From IMG/VR virus record IMGVR_UViG_2917881069_000002, positions 1 to 8,840 of that record: a stretch of DNA of 8,840 nt; one strand, given 5' to 3'. Positions 1-6,349 of this stretch are shown here, in pieces. The stretch's first letter is position 1; every line of letters starts with the position of its first letter. This stretch comes from a virus. Lineage: Duplodnaviria > Heunggongvirae > Uroviricota > Caudoviricetes. The position numbers and the translations under genes were made by a program. The notes below the pieces were generated by a model. The model had not been told where the DNA came from and searched no databases. It worked only from the letters and a program-made list of their open reading frames with translations.

Positions 1-1038
1 TTAACGCTTATCCGCTACCAGTTTGAGCGCATGTTCCAGCACGTTAATGTCAGCGCCCGCTTTATGGGCATTTTCACTTAAATACCGCCGCCACTGCCGC
101 GCACCAGGAATCCCCTGGAACAGCCCCAGCATATGCCGGGTGATATGACCGAGATACGTCCCCTGGCTGAGTTCACGCTCAATGTACGGATACATAGCTC
201 GTACCACCGCCACCGGATCGGCATCGGTATCCGAGGAACCAAATATCTCTCGATCCACTGCCGCCAGAATGCCTGGGTTTTGATACGCTTCACGCCCGAC
301 CATCACGCCATCCATATGTTGCAGGTGTGCTTTAGCCTCTTCCAGCGACTTGATACCACCGTTAATTGACATAGCCAGATGCGGGAAATCACGCTTCAGT
401 TGATAGACGCGCGGGTAATCGAGCGGCGGGATCTCACGGTTTTCTTTTGGGCTTAAACCGGAGAGCCAGGCTTTACGCGCGTGGATGATAAACATCTCGC
501 ATTCGCCTTTGCCGGAAACGGTGTCGATAAAATCACAGAGAAATTCATAGCTGTCCTGGTCGTCAATGCCAATACGCGTTTTCACCGTCACTGGAATCGA
601 CACTACATCGCGCATCGCTTTTACGCAGTCAGCCACCAGTTGCGCATTCCCCATCAGGCACGCGCCAAACATGCCGTTCTGTACCCGGTCTGACGGGCAG
701 CCGACATTCAGGTTGATCTCATCATATCCGCGCGCTTCTGCCAGCTTCGCGCACTGCGCCAGCGCCGCCGGATCGCTACCGCCCAACTGTAACGCCACCG
801 GATGCTCTTCTTCACTGTATGCCAGGTAATCACCTTTACCGTGAATAATCGCCCCTGTGGTCACCATTTCGGTATAGAGCAACGTATTACGGGAGAGCAG
901 ACGCAGGAAATAACGGCAGTGTCTGTCCGTCCAGTCGAGCATAGGAGCAATGCTAAACCGAGAATTCCAGTAAACACCAGTTTTTTCAGGCATCACGCTG
1001 GTTTGATTAATTTTTTGTGTTTCATGATTATCGTGCAT
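1..1038 (-). CDS. dusA: tRNA-dihydrouridine synthase A (DusA), complete, 345 codons
   Basis: Minus-strand ORF with TAA stop at 1-3 and ATG at 1036-1038. Translation ([44 protein letters not shown] ... [21 protein letters not shown] ... ending ALKLVADKR) is recognisably enterobacterial DusA. No strong SD before the ATG at 1038; an in-frame ATG 45 nt downstream (MPEKTG...) is an alternative start. Confidence 0.95.
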   Translation of the reverse strand: MHDNHETQKINQTSVMPEKTGVYWNSRFSIAPMLDWTDRHCRYFLRLLSRNTLLYTEMVTTGAIIHGKGDYLAYSEEEHPVALQLGGSDPAALAQCAKLAEARGYDEINLNVGCPSDRVQNGMFGACLMGNAQLVADCVKAMRDVVSIPVTVKTRIGIDDQDSYEFLCDFIDTVSGKGECEMFIIHARKAWLSGLSPKENREIPPLDYPRVYQLKRDFPHLAMSINGGIKSLEEAKAHLQHMDGVMVGREAYQNPGILAAVDREIFGSSDTDADPVAVVRAMYPYIERELSQGTYLGHITRHMLGLFQGIPGARQWRRYLSENAHKAGADINVLEHALKLVADKR

Positions 1039-1070
1039 TTTTGAACATTTCAGGCTATTTTTCTCGCGTT

Positions 1071-1106
1071 AGGTTCCCGCACAGGTTCCCACGTTTTATG
1101 GGAACC
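1071..1106. promoter_or_regulatory. Repeat cluster in the dusA-int divergent intergenic region: direct repeat AGGTTCCC (1071-1078, 1083-1090) and inverted repeat GGTTCCC-N9-GGGAACC (1084-1106)
   Basis: Read directly from the sequence aggttcccgcacaggttcccacgttttatgggaacc, 21 bp upstream of the int ATG. No T-tract on either side, so not an intrinsic terminator. Function (operator, integrase or accessory-factor site) is inference. Confidence 0.3.
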
Positions 1107-1126
1107 CGAAATAACGAGGTCGTGTA

Positions 1127-2224
1127 ATGGCGTACTATAACATAGAGAAACGACTAAAATCCGATGGCACACCACGCTATCGCTGTAATGTGATTATCAA
1201 AGAAAAAGGGGTTATCACTTACAGGGAAAGCAAAACATTCCCTAAACATGCTCATGCCAAAACATGGGGCACACAGAAAGTGATGGAATTAGATCTACAT
1301 GGCATTCCATCATCAAATGCTGTTGACGGGCTTACAGTCCGTGACTTACTACGCAAATATTTAAATGACCCAAATGCCGGAGGTAAAGCAGGCCGTACTA
1401 AAAGATATGTGCTGGAACTACTTATGGATAGTGACATTTCTGCGATCAGACTATCTGAATTAACAGAAAATGACGTAATAGAACATTGCAGGTTGAGAAA
1501 CAACGCCGGTGCAGGTCCAGCTACTGTTAGCCACGATGTTAGTTATCTTGGCAGTGTTCTGGATGCAGCCAAACCTGTATACGGAATTAATTACACATCA
1601 AACCCAGCAAAAGCCGCTCGTCCATATCTACTTAAACTTGGTTTAATTGGTAAATCAAATCGTCGTAATCGTAGACCAGCATCTGATGAACTAGACATGC
1701 TCATTGAAGGCCTTCAACAACGATCTACTCATAAATGCTCAAAAATTCCGTTCGTTGATATCCTCAAATTTTCTGTGTGGTCCTGTATGCGAATCGGAGA
1801 AGTATGCCGGTTACGATGGGAAGATCTCGACCAGGAACAAAAATCTATACTAGTAAGAGACAGGAAAGATCCACGTAAAAAGGAAGGTAACCATATGAAA
1901 GTGGCCTTGCTTGGGGAAGCCTGGGATATCGTCCAACGACAACCCAAAAAATCTGAATTCATTTTTCCATACAACAGCACTTCTGTTACCGCAGGATTTC
2001 AGAGGGTAAGAAGCAAATTAGGTATTAAAGATCTGCGATACCATGATTTGCGTAGAGAAGGGGCAAGTCGCTTATTTGAGGCTGGTTTTAGTATTGAGGA
2101 AGTCGCCCAGGTTACAGGGCATCGTTCATTAAACGTGCTATGGCAGGTATATACCGAACTGTATCCAAAATCTTTACATAATCGTTTTGAAGAACTCCAA
2201 AGGAGCAGAAATAAGACCTCTTGA
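1127..2224 (+). CDS. int: Phage tyrosine integrase (site-specific recombinase), dusA-associated type, 365 codons
   Basis: ATG at 1127 preceded by GAGG (1116-1119, 7-nt spacer). C-terminal catalytic region carries tyrosine-recombinase signature residues: Arg in CMRIGEVCRLRWEDL, H-x-x-R in YHDLRREGASRL, His in TGHRS and Tyr in LWQVYTELY. Divergent and 88 bp from dusA; lower GC than dusA. Confidence 0.92.
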   Translation: MAYYNIEKRLKSDGTPRYRCNVIIKEKGVITYRESKTFPKHAHAKTWGTQKVMELDLHGIPSSNAVDGLTVRDLLRKYLNDPNAGGKAGRTKRYVLELLMDSDISAIRLSELTENDVIEHCRLRNNAGAGPATVSHDVSYLGSVLDAAKPVYGINYTSNPAKAARPYLLKLGLIGKSNRRNRRPASDELDMLIEGLQQRSTHKCSKIPFVDILKFSVWSCMRIGEVCRLRWEDLDQEQKSILVRDRKDPRKKEGNHMKVALLGEAWDIVQRQPKKSEFIFPYNSTSVTAGFQRVRSKLGIKDLRYHDLRREGASRLFEAGFSIEEVAQVTGHRSLNVLWQVYTELYPKSLHNRFEELQRSRNKTS

Positions 2225-2272
2225 CACTGTTTATTCATACAGTTAAAAATAATACTGTATACAAACACAGTA
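2221..2272 (+). promoter_or_regulatory. SOS-regulated promoter: -35 TTGACA (2221-2226), -10 TAAAAT (2245-2250), two LexA boxes (CTGT-N8-ACAG) at 2225-2244 and 2253-2272
   Basis: Box 1 cACTGTttattcatACAGtt; box 2 taCTGTatacaaacACAGta, which differs from the consensus TACTGTATATATATACAGTA at only three central positions. The -35 overlaps the int stop codon (TGA 2222-2224). The GAGGGA RBS at 2275-2280 and dinI ATG at 2286 follow. Confidence 0.8.
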
Positions 2273-2285
2273 TAGAGGGATTTTT

Positions 2286-2534
2286 ATGCGTATTGAGATC
2301 TGCATAGCCAAAGAGAAAATGACTAAAATGCCAAACGGTGCTGTGGATGCGTTAAAGGAAGAATTAACTCGACGCATCAGTAAGCGTTATGACGATGTAG
2401 AGGTGATCGTAAAAGCCACCAGCAACGATGGCCTTTCTGTTACGCGCACCGCCGATAAAGATTCAGCTAAAACTTTTGTTCAGGAAACTCTGAAAGATAC
2501 CTGGGAGTCTGCTGACGAGTGGTTTGTTCATTAA
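2286..2534 (+). CDS. dinI: DinI-family (DNA-damage-inducible protein I-like) protein, 82 aa, prophage-encoded
   Basis: Translation [31 protein letters not shown] ... [10 protein letters not shown] ... [17 protein letters not shown] follows the E. coli DinI pattern as I recall it (MRIE..IAK...GA.DAL..EL.RRI...LSV...QETWESADDWFV; recalled, not verified). Good RBS and tandem LexA boxes immediately upstream. Confidence 0.88.
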   Translation: MRIEICIAKEKMTKMPNGAVDALKEELTRRISKRYDDVEVIVKATSNDGLSVTRTADKDSAKTFVQETLKDTWESADEWFVH

Positions 2535-2600
2535 TTAATACGTAAAATCGATAACGGCTGGAAATCATTCAATACTCGCACTATCGGAAGTTCACCAGCC

Positions 2601-2641
2601 AGCCGCAGTATTCTGCCATGACAAGTTGCTGCGGCTTTTTA
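2601..2641 (+). terminator. Putative rho-independent terminator downstream of dinI, between convergent genes
   Basis: Stem 2601-2610 (agccgcagta) pairs with 2627-2636 (tgctgcggct), 16-nt loop, followed by TTTTT (2636-2640). The long loop makes it weaker than a canonical terminator. No U-tract on the minus-strand side. Confidence 0.4.
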
Positions 2642-2644
2642 TGT

Positions 2645-2932
2645 TTAACGGATAAACAGCCAGACCAGCAGACACGCCACCACCGGCACAGCAAAATCCA
2701 TCAGACTTGCCATATCCCACACGCGCGGATCAAAACCACCCCACCACGGCATATTCATACGCTTGCCATGCCCGAACATTTCAATCCAGCGATATTCTGC
2801 CTGGGTATGTTCACGCGCAATGAAGAACGTACAACCGGCTATCGCTCCGTAAGCCCAGTTCCCGGTAAAAAGACCAACCAGTACCTGCGCAGCCACAGCA
2901 CAAAGTGCATGAAGGAAAGGTGTTATATCCAT
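2645..2932 (-). CDS. Small integral membrane protein (95 aa, 2-3 predicted TM helices), function unknown; candidate moron / superinfection-exclusion-type protein
   Basis: ATG at 2930-2932 preceded by AGGAGGAG (complement of 2934-2941), 10 bp after the stop of the upstream 227-aa gene. Hydrophobic segments FLHALCAVAAQVLVGLFTG, AYGAIAGCTFFIA and LMDFAVPVVACLLVWLFI. The opposing plus-strand 158-aa ORF (2618-3094) is His/Arg/Cys-rich junk with no RBS. Confidence 0.65.
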   Translation of the reverse strand: MDITPFLHALCAVAAQVLVGLFTGNWAYGAIAGCTFFIAREHTQAEYRWIEMFGHGKRMNMPWWGGFDPRVWDMASLMDFAVPVVACLLVWLFIR

Positions 2933-2942
2933 TACTCCTCCT

Positions 2943-3626
2943 TTATCCGATATCGCTTCGGGAAGTTGATAACAGCTTTAATTCTGACTCAAGTTCATCA
3001 ACTCTTTCTGTCAGTTTCTGGATATGGTGAATCAGTGGAACAACCAGACGTTCGTACATCACACCTTCGGCAACAAGGCCATTGCTGGAAATAGCTTCCG
3101 GTGCATCATCTTCGTTAGCTGGTCGCCAGTGTACAAACTGAGGGGCAATTTCTCCTACTTCCTCGGCAATCAATCCGTAGAATCCCCAGTCACGCCTGTC
3201 ATTTTCGCATTGCGACCTGTACCACACAGGGCGCATCTTGAAAATGAGATCGGCGTGCTCTGAATCTATCGTCTCTACTGAATGTTTATAGCGGATAGAC
3301 GATGTTGACCGCAGCACAGACGAAATTGCGGGGTCAGGATTAAGATAAAGGTTTGCCGCCGCTGTAGTCGTGCCCAATCCCCACAAATAAAACGCTTCAC
3401 GACCAGTCAGCGGGTAAAAATCTCCACCATAACGACCACTTTCCAGATCGTTCACTTCCACTTTGTTTTTCAGCTTATTATCAACTTCAGTTTTTGTGTA
3501 TCTGGAGCTGATATCCTGCTTTGCACTGGTCATCTCAGTCTGAAGCGTTGATACTTTTCCGTTAATTGAGGAAATATCTCCCTTTAGCTTGGTGATATCT
3601 CCTGGAATTACTGTCGATATAGCCAT
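2943..3626 (-). CDS. Tail-fibre-like protein: N-terminal coiled-coil plus C-terminal intramolecular chaperone (Peptidase S74 / endosialidase-chaperone type) domain, 227 aa
   Basis: ATG at 3624-3626 preceded by GGGAGA (TGA-GGGAGATAA-ATG). C-terminal half carries S74-type motifs: S109-S-I-R-Y-K114 (S-x-x-R-x-K, candidate autocleavage Ser/Lys dyad), MRPVWY, GLIAEEVGEIAPQFV, and a terminal helix PLIHHIQKLTERVDELESELKLL. N-terminal ITKLKGDISSINGKVSTLQTEMTSAKQDISSRYTKTEVDNKLKNKVEVNDL is heptad-like. Confidence 0.8.
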   Translation of the reverse strand: MAISTVIPGDITKLKGDISSINGKVSTLQTEMTSAKQDISSRYTKTEVDNKLKNKVEVNDLESGRYGGDFYPLTGREAFYLWGLGTTTAAANLYLNPDPAISSVLRSTSSIRYKHSVETIDSEHADLIFKMRPVWYRSQCENDRRDWGFYGLIAEEVGEIAPQFVHWRPANEDDAPEAISSNGLVAEGVMYERLVVPLIHHIQKLTERVDELESELKLLSTSRSDIG

Positions 3627-3635
3627 TTATCTCCC

Positions 3636-3917
3636 TCACATCCAGCCACGAAGTTGATGTTCAACTACAACCGCGTATTCATCGAATAATGACGATATTT
3701 GCGTATCATTAATGATGCGCACGTTTACAAAATATCCGTCTTCCTTAACACATACCGGATCGCCATCTTCAGTAAGTTCTCCGGTTTCTTTGTACACGTT
3801 ACCTATCACGTCAATGAGAATATCATCCTGCATCGACTCGTCATCATAATAGCCGATACTCTCCATAAAGGCCGAAAAGTCGGCTCTGTCGGCAAATTTG
3901 AGTGTTAAATCTTTCAT
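3636..3917 (-). CDS. Highly acidic 93-aa protein of unknown function, translationally coupled to the side tail fibre gene
   Basis: ATG at 3915-3917 overlaps the fibre stop (ATGA) and is preceded by GGGGAGAG inside the fibre 3' end. About 28% Asp+Glu with very few basic residues; no signal peptide or TM segment. Does not resemble lambda Tfa-type assembly proteins by eye. Confidence 0.65.
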   Translation of the reverse strand: MKDLTLKFADRADFSAFMESIGYYDDESMQDDILIDVIGNVYKETGELTEDGDPVCVKEDGYFVNVRIINDTQISSLFDEYAVVVEHQLRGWM

Positions 3918-6289
3918 TTAATACTCTCCCCGATTTGCGCATCAGTTAATTCTTTATGCCATATTCTGAAATTTCTAATATGACCGAATAAGTGACGTTC
4001 ACCCGTTGAAGTTTGCCCACCAAAACGAATGCTTGTATTCTTAGTTACATATCTCCACGCGGTTTTTTTAGGAACACTAGGAGGAATATCACCATTCAAA
4101 ACAATATGAACACCATAATCTTTAGTAATTCTAAATCCAGCAACGAACTTTCTCTCTTTCGTTACCAGGTAACTATTAACGCGTCCAGCATCTGCACCAA
4201 CATCAATATAAGGGCTACCAGTATTTGCGGCAGTACCGCCACGGCAACCAAAAATAACGGCCTGGCCAGTTGGCACACCGGAAAAATCCATTATACGTGG
4301 TGCTGCATTAGGAGGAAGTTCCCATTCCCAATTTCGATGAACTTCGGCTAAAACTGTAATAGGTGCGTCATACATATTATTCTTAACAGGAATGTTAACC
4401 AAATCACTAGCGCGGGTAGCTGGTACGTCGTTAGTTATGATTAATGATGTTGCATGAGAACATTTCTCTACCTGAGCGGTTGCCGCCTTTATGTAATTTC
4501 CTGCGACCAATTCGCCGCCACTTTTAGCAAGCATTTCAGTACGAGCATAAACGCTCATATCTTCGGTGGCTTTAAATGTCGATTGGAAAAAATACCATCC
4601 ACTAGCAGGATCATAATCAACGCGACTAGACAAAACATCACTAACTAGTTTAGCGGTATCAAGATCCAACATAGCATCAGCAATAAATGTGTTTCCGTTC
4701 CCGTCATCATTTAATTTTGAAATACGATGGCGAGCGCGACAACCAGCCCCCTTAACACGAATAGATATAGTAACATATTCACCACCAACAACTGGAATCA
4801 CACGGGATGTCCCAGTAGAAATCAACGTAACTGGCCCAGTGTCGGATGATTCTTTATAAGTGAATGTTGCTTGAGTAAAACCAAATTCATCAATAGAGTT
4901 TTCACTAACAGATAAACGGTTTGTATTTCTGTTCCAGTTCGCTGGTGAGTTACTATTAATAAAGTTATTAGTCGTAGTACCTTCAATCAACAAACCATTT
5001 TTTTCGAAGCGTGGTTCGTCAATTGCAGCCTCCGTCAGTACACCAGATTTGTTAATGTAGGTTGCTTTCGATGCGCGTTTAAACTTTACAACCTTATCGC
5101 CAGGCATTGTTATTTCATCATCACCAATAACAATCTTTTTATATGATGGCGAAAAGCCCGTAATCATATCCAGTGAATCGTTAAACGGTATCCACACATC
5201 GGGAAGCGGCTGCAAAACTTGTTTATACGGCTCCGCAGCCTGGCTTGCATACTCTCTGGCTGCGTCTTCACTTGCTTTTGCAGCCGTCTGGCTTGCAGCG
5301 GATGCTTTCGCCGAGTTAGCCGCCGCAGTCTCGCTCGCCTTTGCGTTGGTTTCACTGGTTTTTGCAGCTTTTTGACTGTTGGCTGATGCAGTGGCAGAAG
5401 AAGCCGCCGCACTTGCAGAACCAGCTGCGGCACTCTCGCTTTGGGCTGCTGCATCCTGACTGTTTTTCGCCGCAGTTTCGCTGGCTTTGGCATTCGTTTC
5501 GCTGGTCTTCGCTGCCGTCTGGCTGGACTTTGCGTTAGTTTCACTCGTCTTCGCAGCTTTCTGGCTGTTAGCCGCAGCAGTTGCTGATCCAGCTGCTGAA
5601 GTCGCAGAACCGGCTGCAGCACTCTCGCTTTCGGCTGCTGCAGCCTGACTGCTTTTCGCCGCAGTTTCACTGGTTTTGGCATTCGTTTCGCTTGTTTTCG
5701 CTGCCGTCTGGCTGGACTTTGCGTTAGTTTCGCTCGTCTTTGCGGCTGTCTCGCTGTTTTTCGCATTGGTTTCTGATTTTTTGGCTGCTGTCGCGGAGTT
5801 TGCCGATGCAGTCTGTGAGGCCGCTGCCGCCTGTGCGCTGTTAGCTGCATTCGTTTCTGAGGTTTTCGCCGCGTTCTTCGATGATGCCGCTGCAGTTTCG
5901 GATTTCTTTGCCGCCGCTGCGCTCTGAGAGGCGGCTTCGGCGTTGCGTGCCGCTTCTTCCACCATTTCCTCAAAACGACGCAATGCCTCCGGCATGACGT
6001 CCTCTTCCGTCATGGCACCGAGAAAATCATTCAGCGTACCTGGTCTGGAACCTTCATAGACGGTAATGGTCCCGGCATGTGAAGGCGGAAAACCTTCAAC
6101 CAGCAGGGTGACGCTGTACTGGCCATACTCAACATCCATACTGTAACGCCCGGCTTCATCCGGATTTTCAGATGCCACCGTGTTCACCAGTACCGTGGTG
6201 CTGTTACGCTTTGCCTTCAGTTGAATAGTGCAGTTCTGTATTGGTTTTCCCGCACCATCTTTCAGCACACCTGAAATCTGTACTGCCAT
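3914..6289 (-). CDS. stf: Side tail fibre protein (lambda Stf-like N-terminal domain, Ala/Ser/Thr-rich repeat shaft, distinct C-terminal jelly-roll/LamG-like putative receptor-binding domain)
   Basis: Start taken as ATG 6287-6289 (GGAG 5 nt upstream); the track start at 6295 is a GTG inside the SD. N-terminus MAVQISGVLKDGAGKPIQNCTIQLKAKRNSTTV ... EAGRYSMDVEYGQYSV ... GFPPSHAGTITVYE matches the lambda Stf N-terminal domain as I recall it. C-terminal ~400 aa are AT-rich DNA, starting EPRFEKNGLLIEGTTTNNF and ending RFGGQTSTGERHLFGHIRNFRIWHKELTDAQIGESIK. Confidence 0.9.
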   Translation of the reverse strand: MAVQISGVLKDGAGKPIQNCTIQLKAKRNSTTVLVNTVASENPDEAGRYSMDVEYGQYSVTLLVEGFPPSHAGTITVYEGSRPGTLNDFLGAMTEEDVMPEALRRFEEMVEEAARNAEAASQSAAAAKKSETAAASSKNAAKTSETNAANSAQAAAASQTASANSATAAKKSETNAKNSETAAKTSETNAKSSQTAAKTSETNAKTSETAAKSSQAAAAESESAAAGSATSAAGSATAAANSQKAAKTSETNAKSSQTAAKTSETNAKASETAAKNSQDAAAQSESAAAGSASAAASSATASANSQKAAKTSETNAKASETAAANSAKASAASQTAAKASEDAAREYASQAAEPYKQVLQPLPDVWIPFNDSLDMITGFSPSYKKIVIGDDEITMPGDKVVKFKRASKATYINKSGVLTEAAIDEPRFEKNGLLIEGTTTNNFINSNSPANWNRNTNRLSVSENSIDEFGFTQATFTYKESSDTGPVTLISTGTSRVIPVVGGEYVTISIRVKGAGCRARHRISKLNDDGNGNTFIADAMLDLDTAKLVSDVLSSRVDYDPASGWYFFQSTFKATEDMSVYARTEMLAKSGGELVAGNYIKAATAQVEKCSHATSLIITNDVPATRASDLVNIPVKNNMYDAPITVLAEVHRNWEWELPPNAAPRIMDFSGVPTGQAVIFGCRGGTAANTGSPYIDVGADAGRVNSYLVTKERKFVAGFRITKDYGVHIVLNGDIPPSVPKKTAWRYVTKNTSIRFGGQTSTGERHLFGHIRNFRIWHKELTDAQIGESIK
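5341..5760 (-). repeat. In-frame tandem duplication, period 189 bp (63 aa), about 2.2 copies, containing 42-bp (14-aa AAKTSETNAKSSQT-like) sub-repeats, within the stf shaft
   Basis: Copy at about 5425-5556 is near-identical to 5614-5745 (offset 189 bp); unit starts at about 5341, 5530 and 5719 (partial). Encodes the repeated block AAKTSETNAK(S/A)S(Q/E)TAAK..SESAAAGSA...ANSQK. Confidence 0.75.
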
Positions 6290-6300
6290 ACTCACTCCAC

Positions 6301-6328
6301 AAATAAAAAAGGCGCCATTTCCGGCGCC
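6301..6328 (-). terminator. Rho-independent terminator between J and stf
   Basis: Minus strand reads GGCGCC-GGAAAT-GGCGCC (6-bp all-GC stem, 6-nt loop; 6328-6311) followed by TTTTTTATTT (6310-6301). It sits 22 nt after the J stop, and its T-tract abuts the stf SD. Confidence 0.6.
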
Positions 6329-6349
6329 CGTATTGGGGTTATAAATATT

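Noticed and set aside
78-1044. Several 70-87-aa ORFs on both strands inside dusA (78-293, 133-369, 481-693, 566-829, 802-1044)
   Set aside because: All are embedded in or antisense to the well-supported dusA reading frame.
1039-1126. tRNA or tmRNA gene as integrase target next to int
   Set aside because: Non-coding intervals here (1039-1126, 2535-2644, 6296-6349) are too short and show no cloverleaf-like structure; the integrase is next to dusA, consistent with a protein-gene att site.
1252-2268. Minus-strand ORFs (83, 83 and 89 aa) inside the integrase gene
   Set aside because: Antisense to the integrase frame, which carries the tyrosine-recombinase catalytic motifs. No RBS or recognisable features.
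2618-3094. 158-aa plus-strand ORF overlapping the 95-aa and 227-aa minus-strand genes
   Set aside because: His/Arg/Cys-rich junk-like translation with no RBS, whereas the minus-strand genes have canonical SD sequences and coherent protein features.
2645-3917. Search for a lambda-type tail fibre assembly gene (tfa) or lom downstream of stf and J
   Set aside because: Neither the 93-aa nor the 227-aa protein resembles Tfa as I recall it, and there is no Lom-like outer-membrane protein between J and stf; absence recorded rather than forcing a call.
3024-4648. Short plus-strand ORFs (3024-3263, 3699-3908, 4013-4351, 4454-4648) opposite the fibre-operon genes
   Set aside because: Antisense to closely packed, RBS-supported minus-strand genes; AT-rich antisense frames commonly stay open by chance.
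3914-5200. Whether the AT-rich block is an inserted IS element or separate gene
   Set aside because: The reading frame is continuous with the Stf shaft with no stop, and there are no terminal inverted repeats or transposase-like ORF. Better explained as a swapped receptor-binding domain.
5250-5950. Possible CRISPR array or non-coding tandem repeat, and the plus-strand ORFs 5341-5538 and 5676-5927
   Set aside because: The repeats are in-frame coding repeats of the fibre shaft (period 189 bp with 42-bp sub-repeats), not short repeats separated by unique spacers. The plus-strand ORFs are antisense artefacts of those repeats.
5164-5973. 269-aa Arg/Lys/Gln-rich ORF on the minus strand in an alternate frame of the stf repeat region
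   Set aside because: Lies entirely within the fibre gene in another frame; extreme low-complexity basic composition is the expected artefact of reading GC-rich Ala/Ser/Thr codon repeats out of frame. No RBS.
6293-6295. Track start of the fibre gene at 6295 (MSMAVQ...)
   Set aside because: That codon is GTG and lies inside the Shine-Dalgarno GGAG. The ATG at 6287-6289 has correct SD spacing and gives the Stf-like N-terminus MAVQISG.
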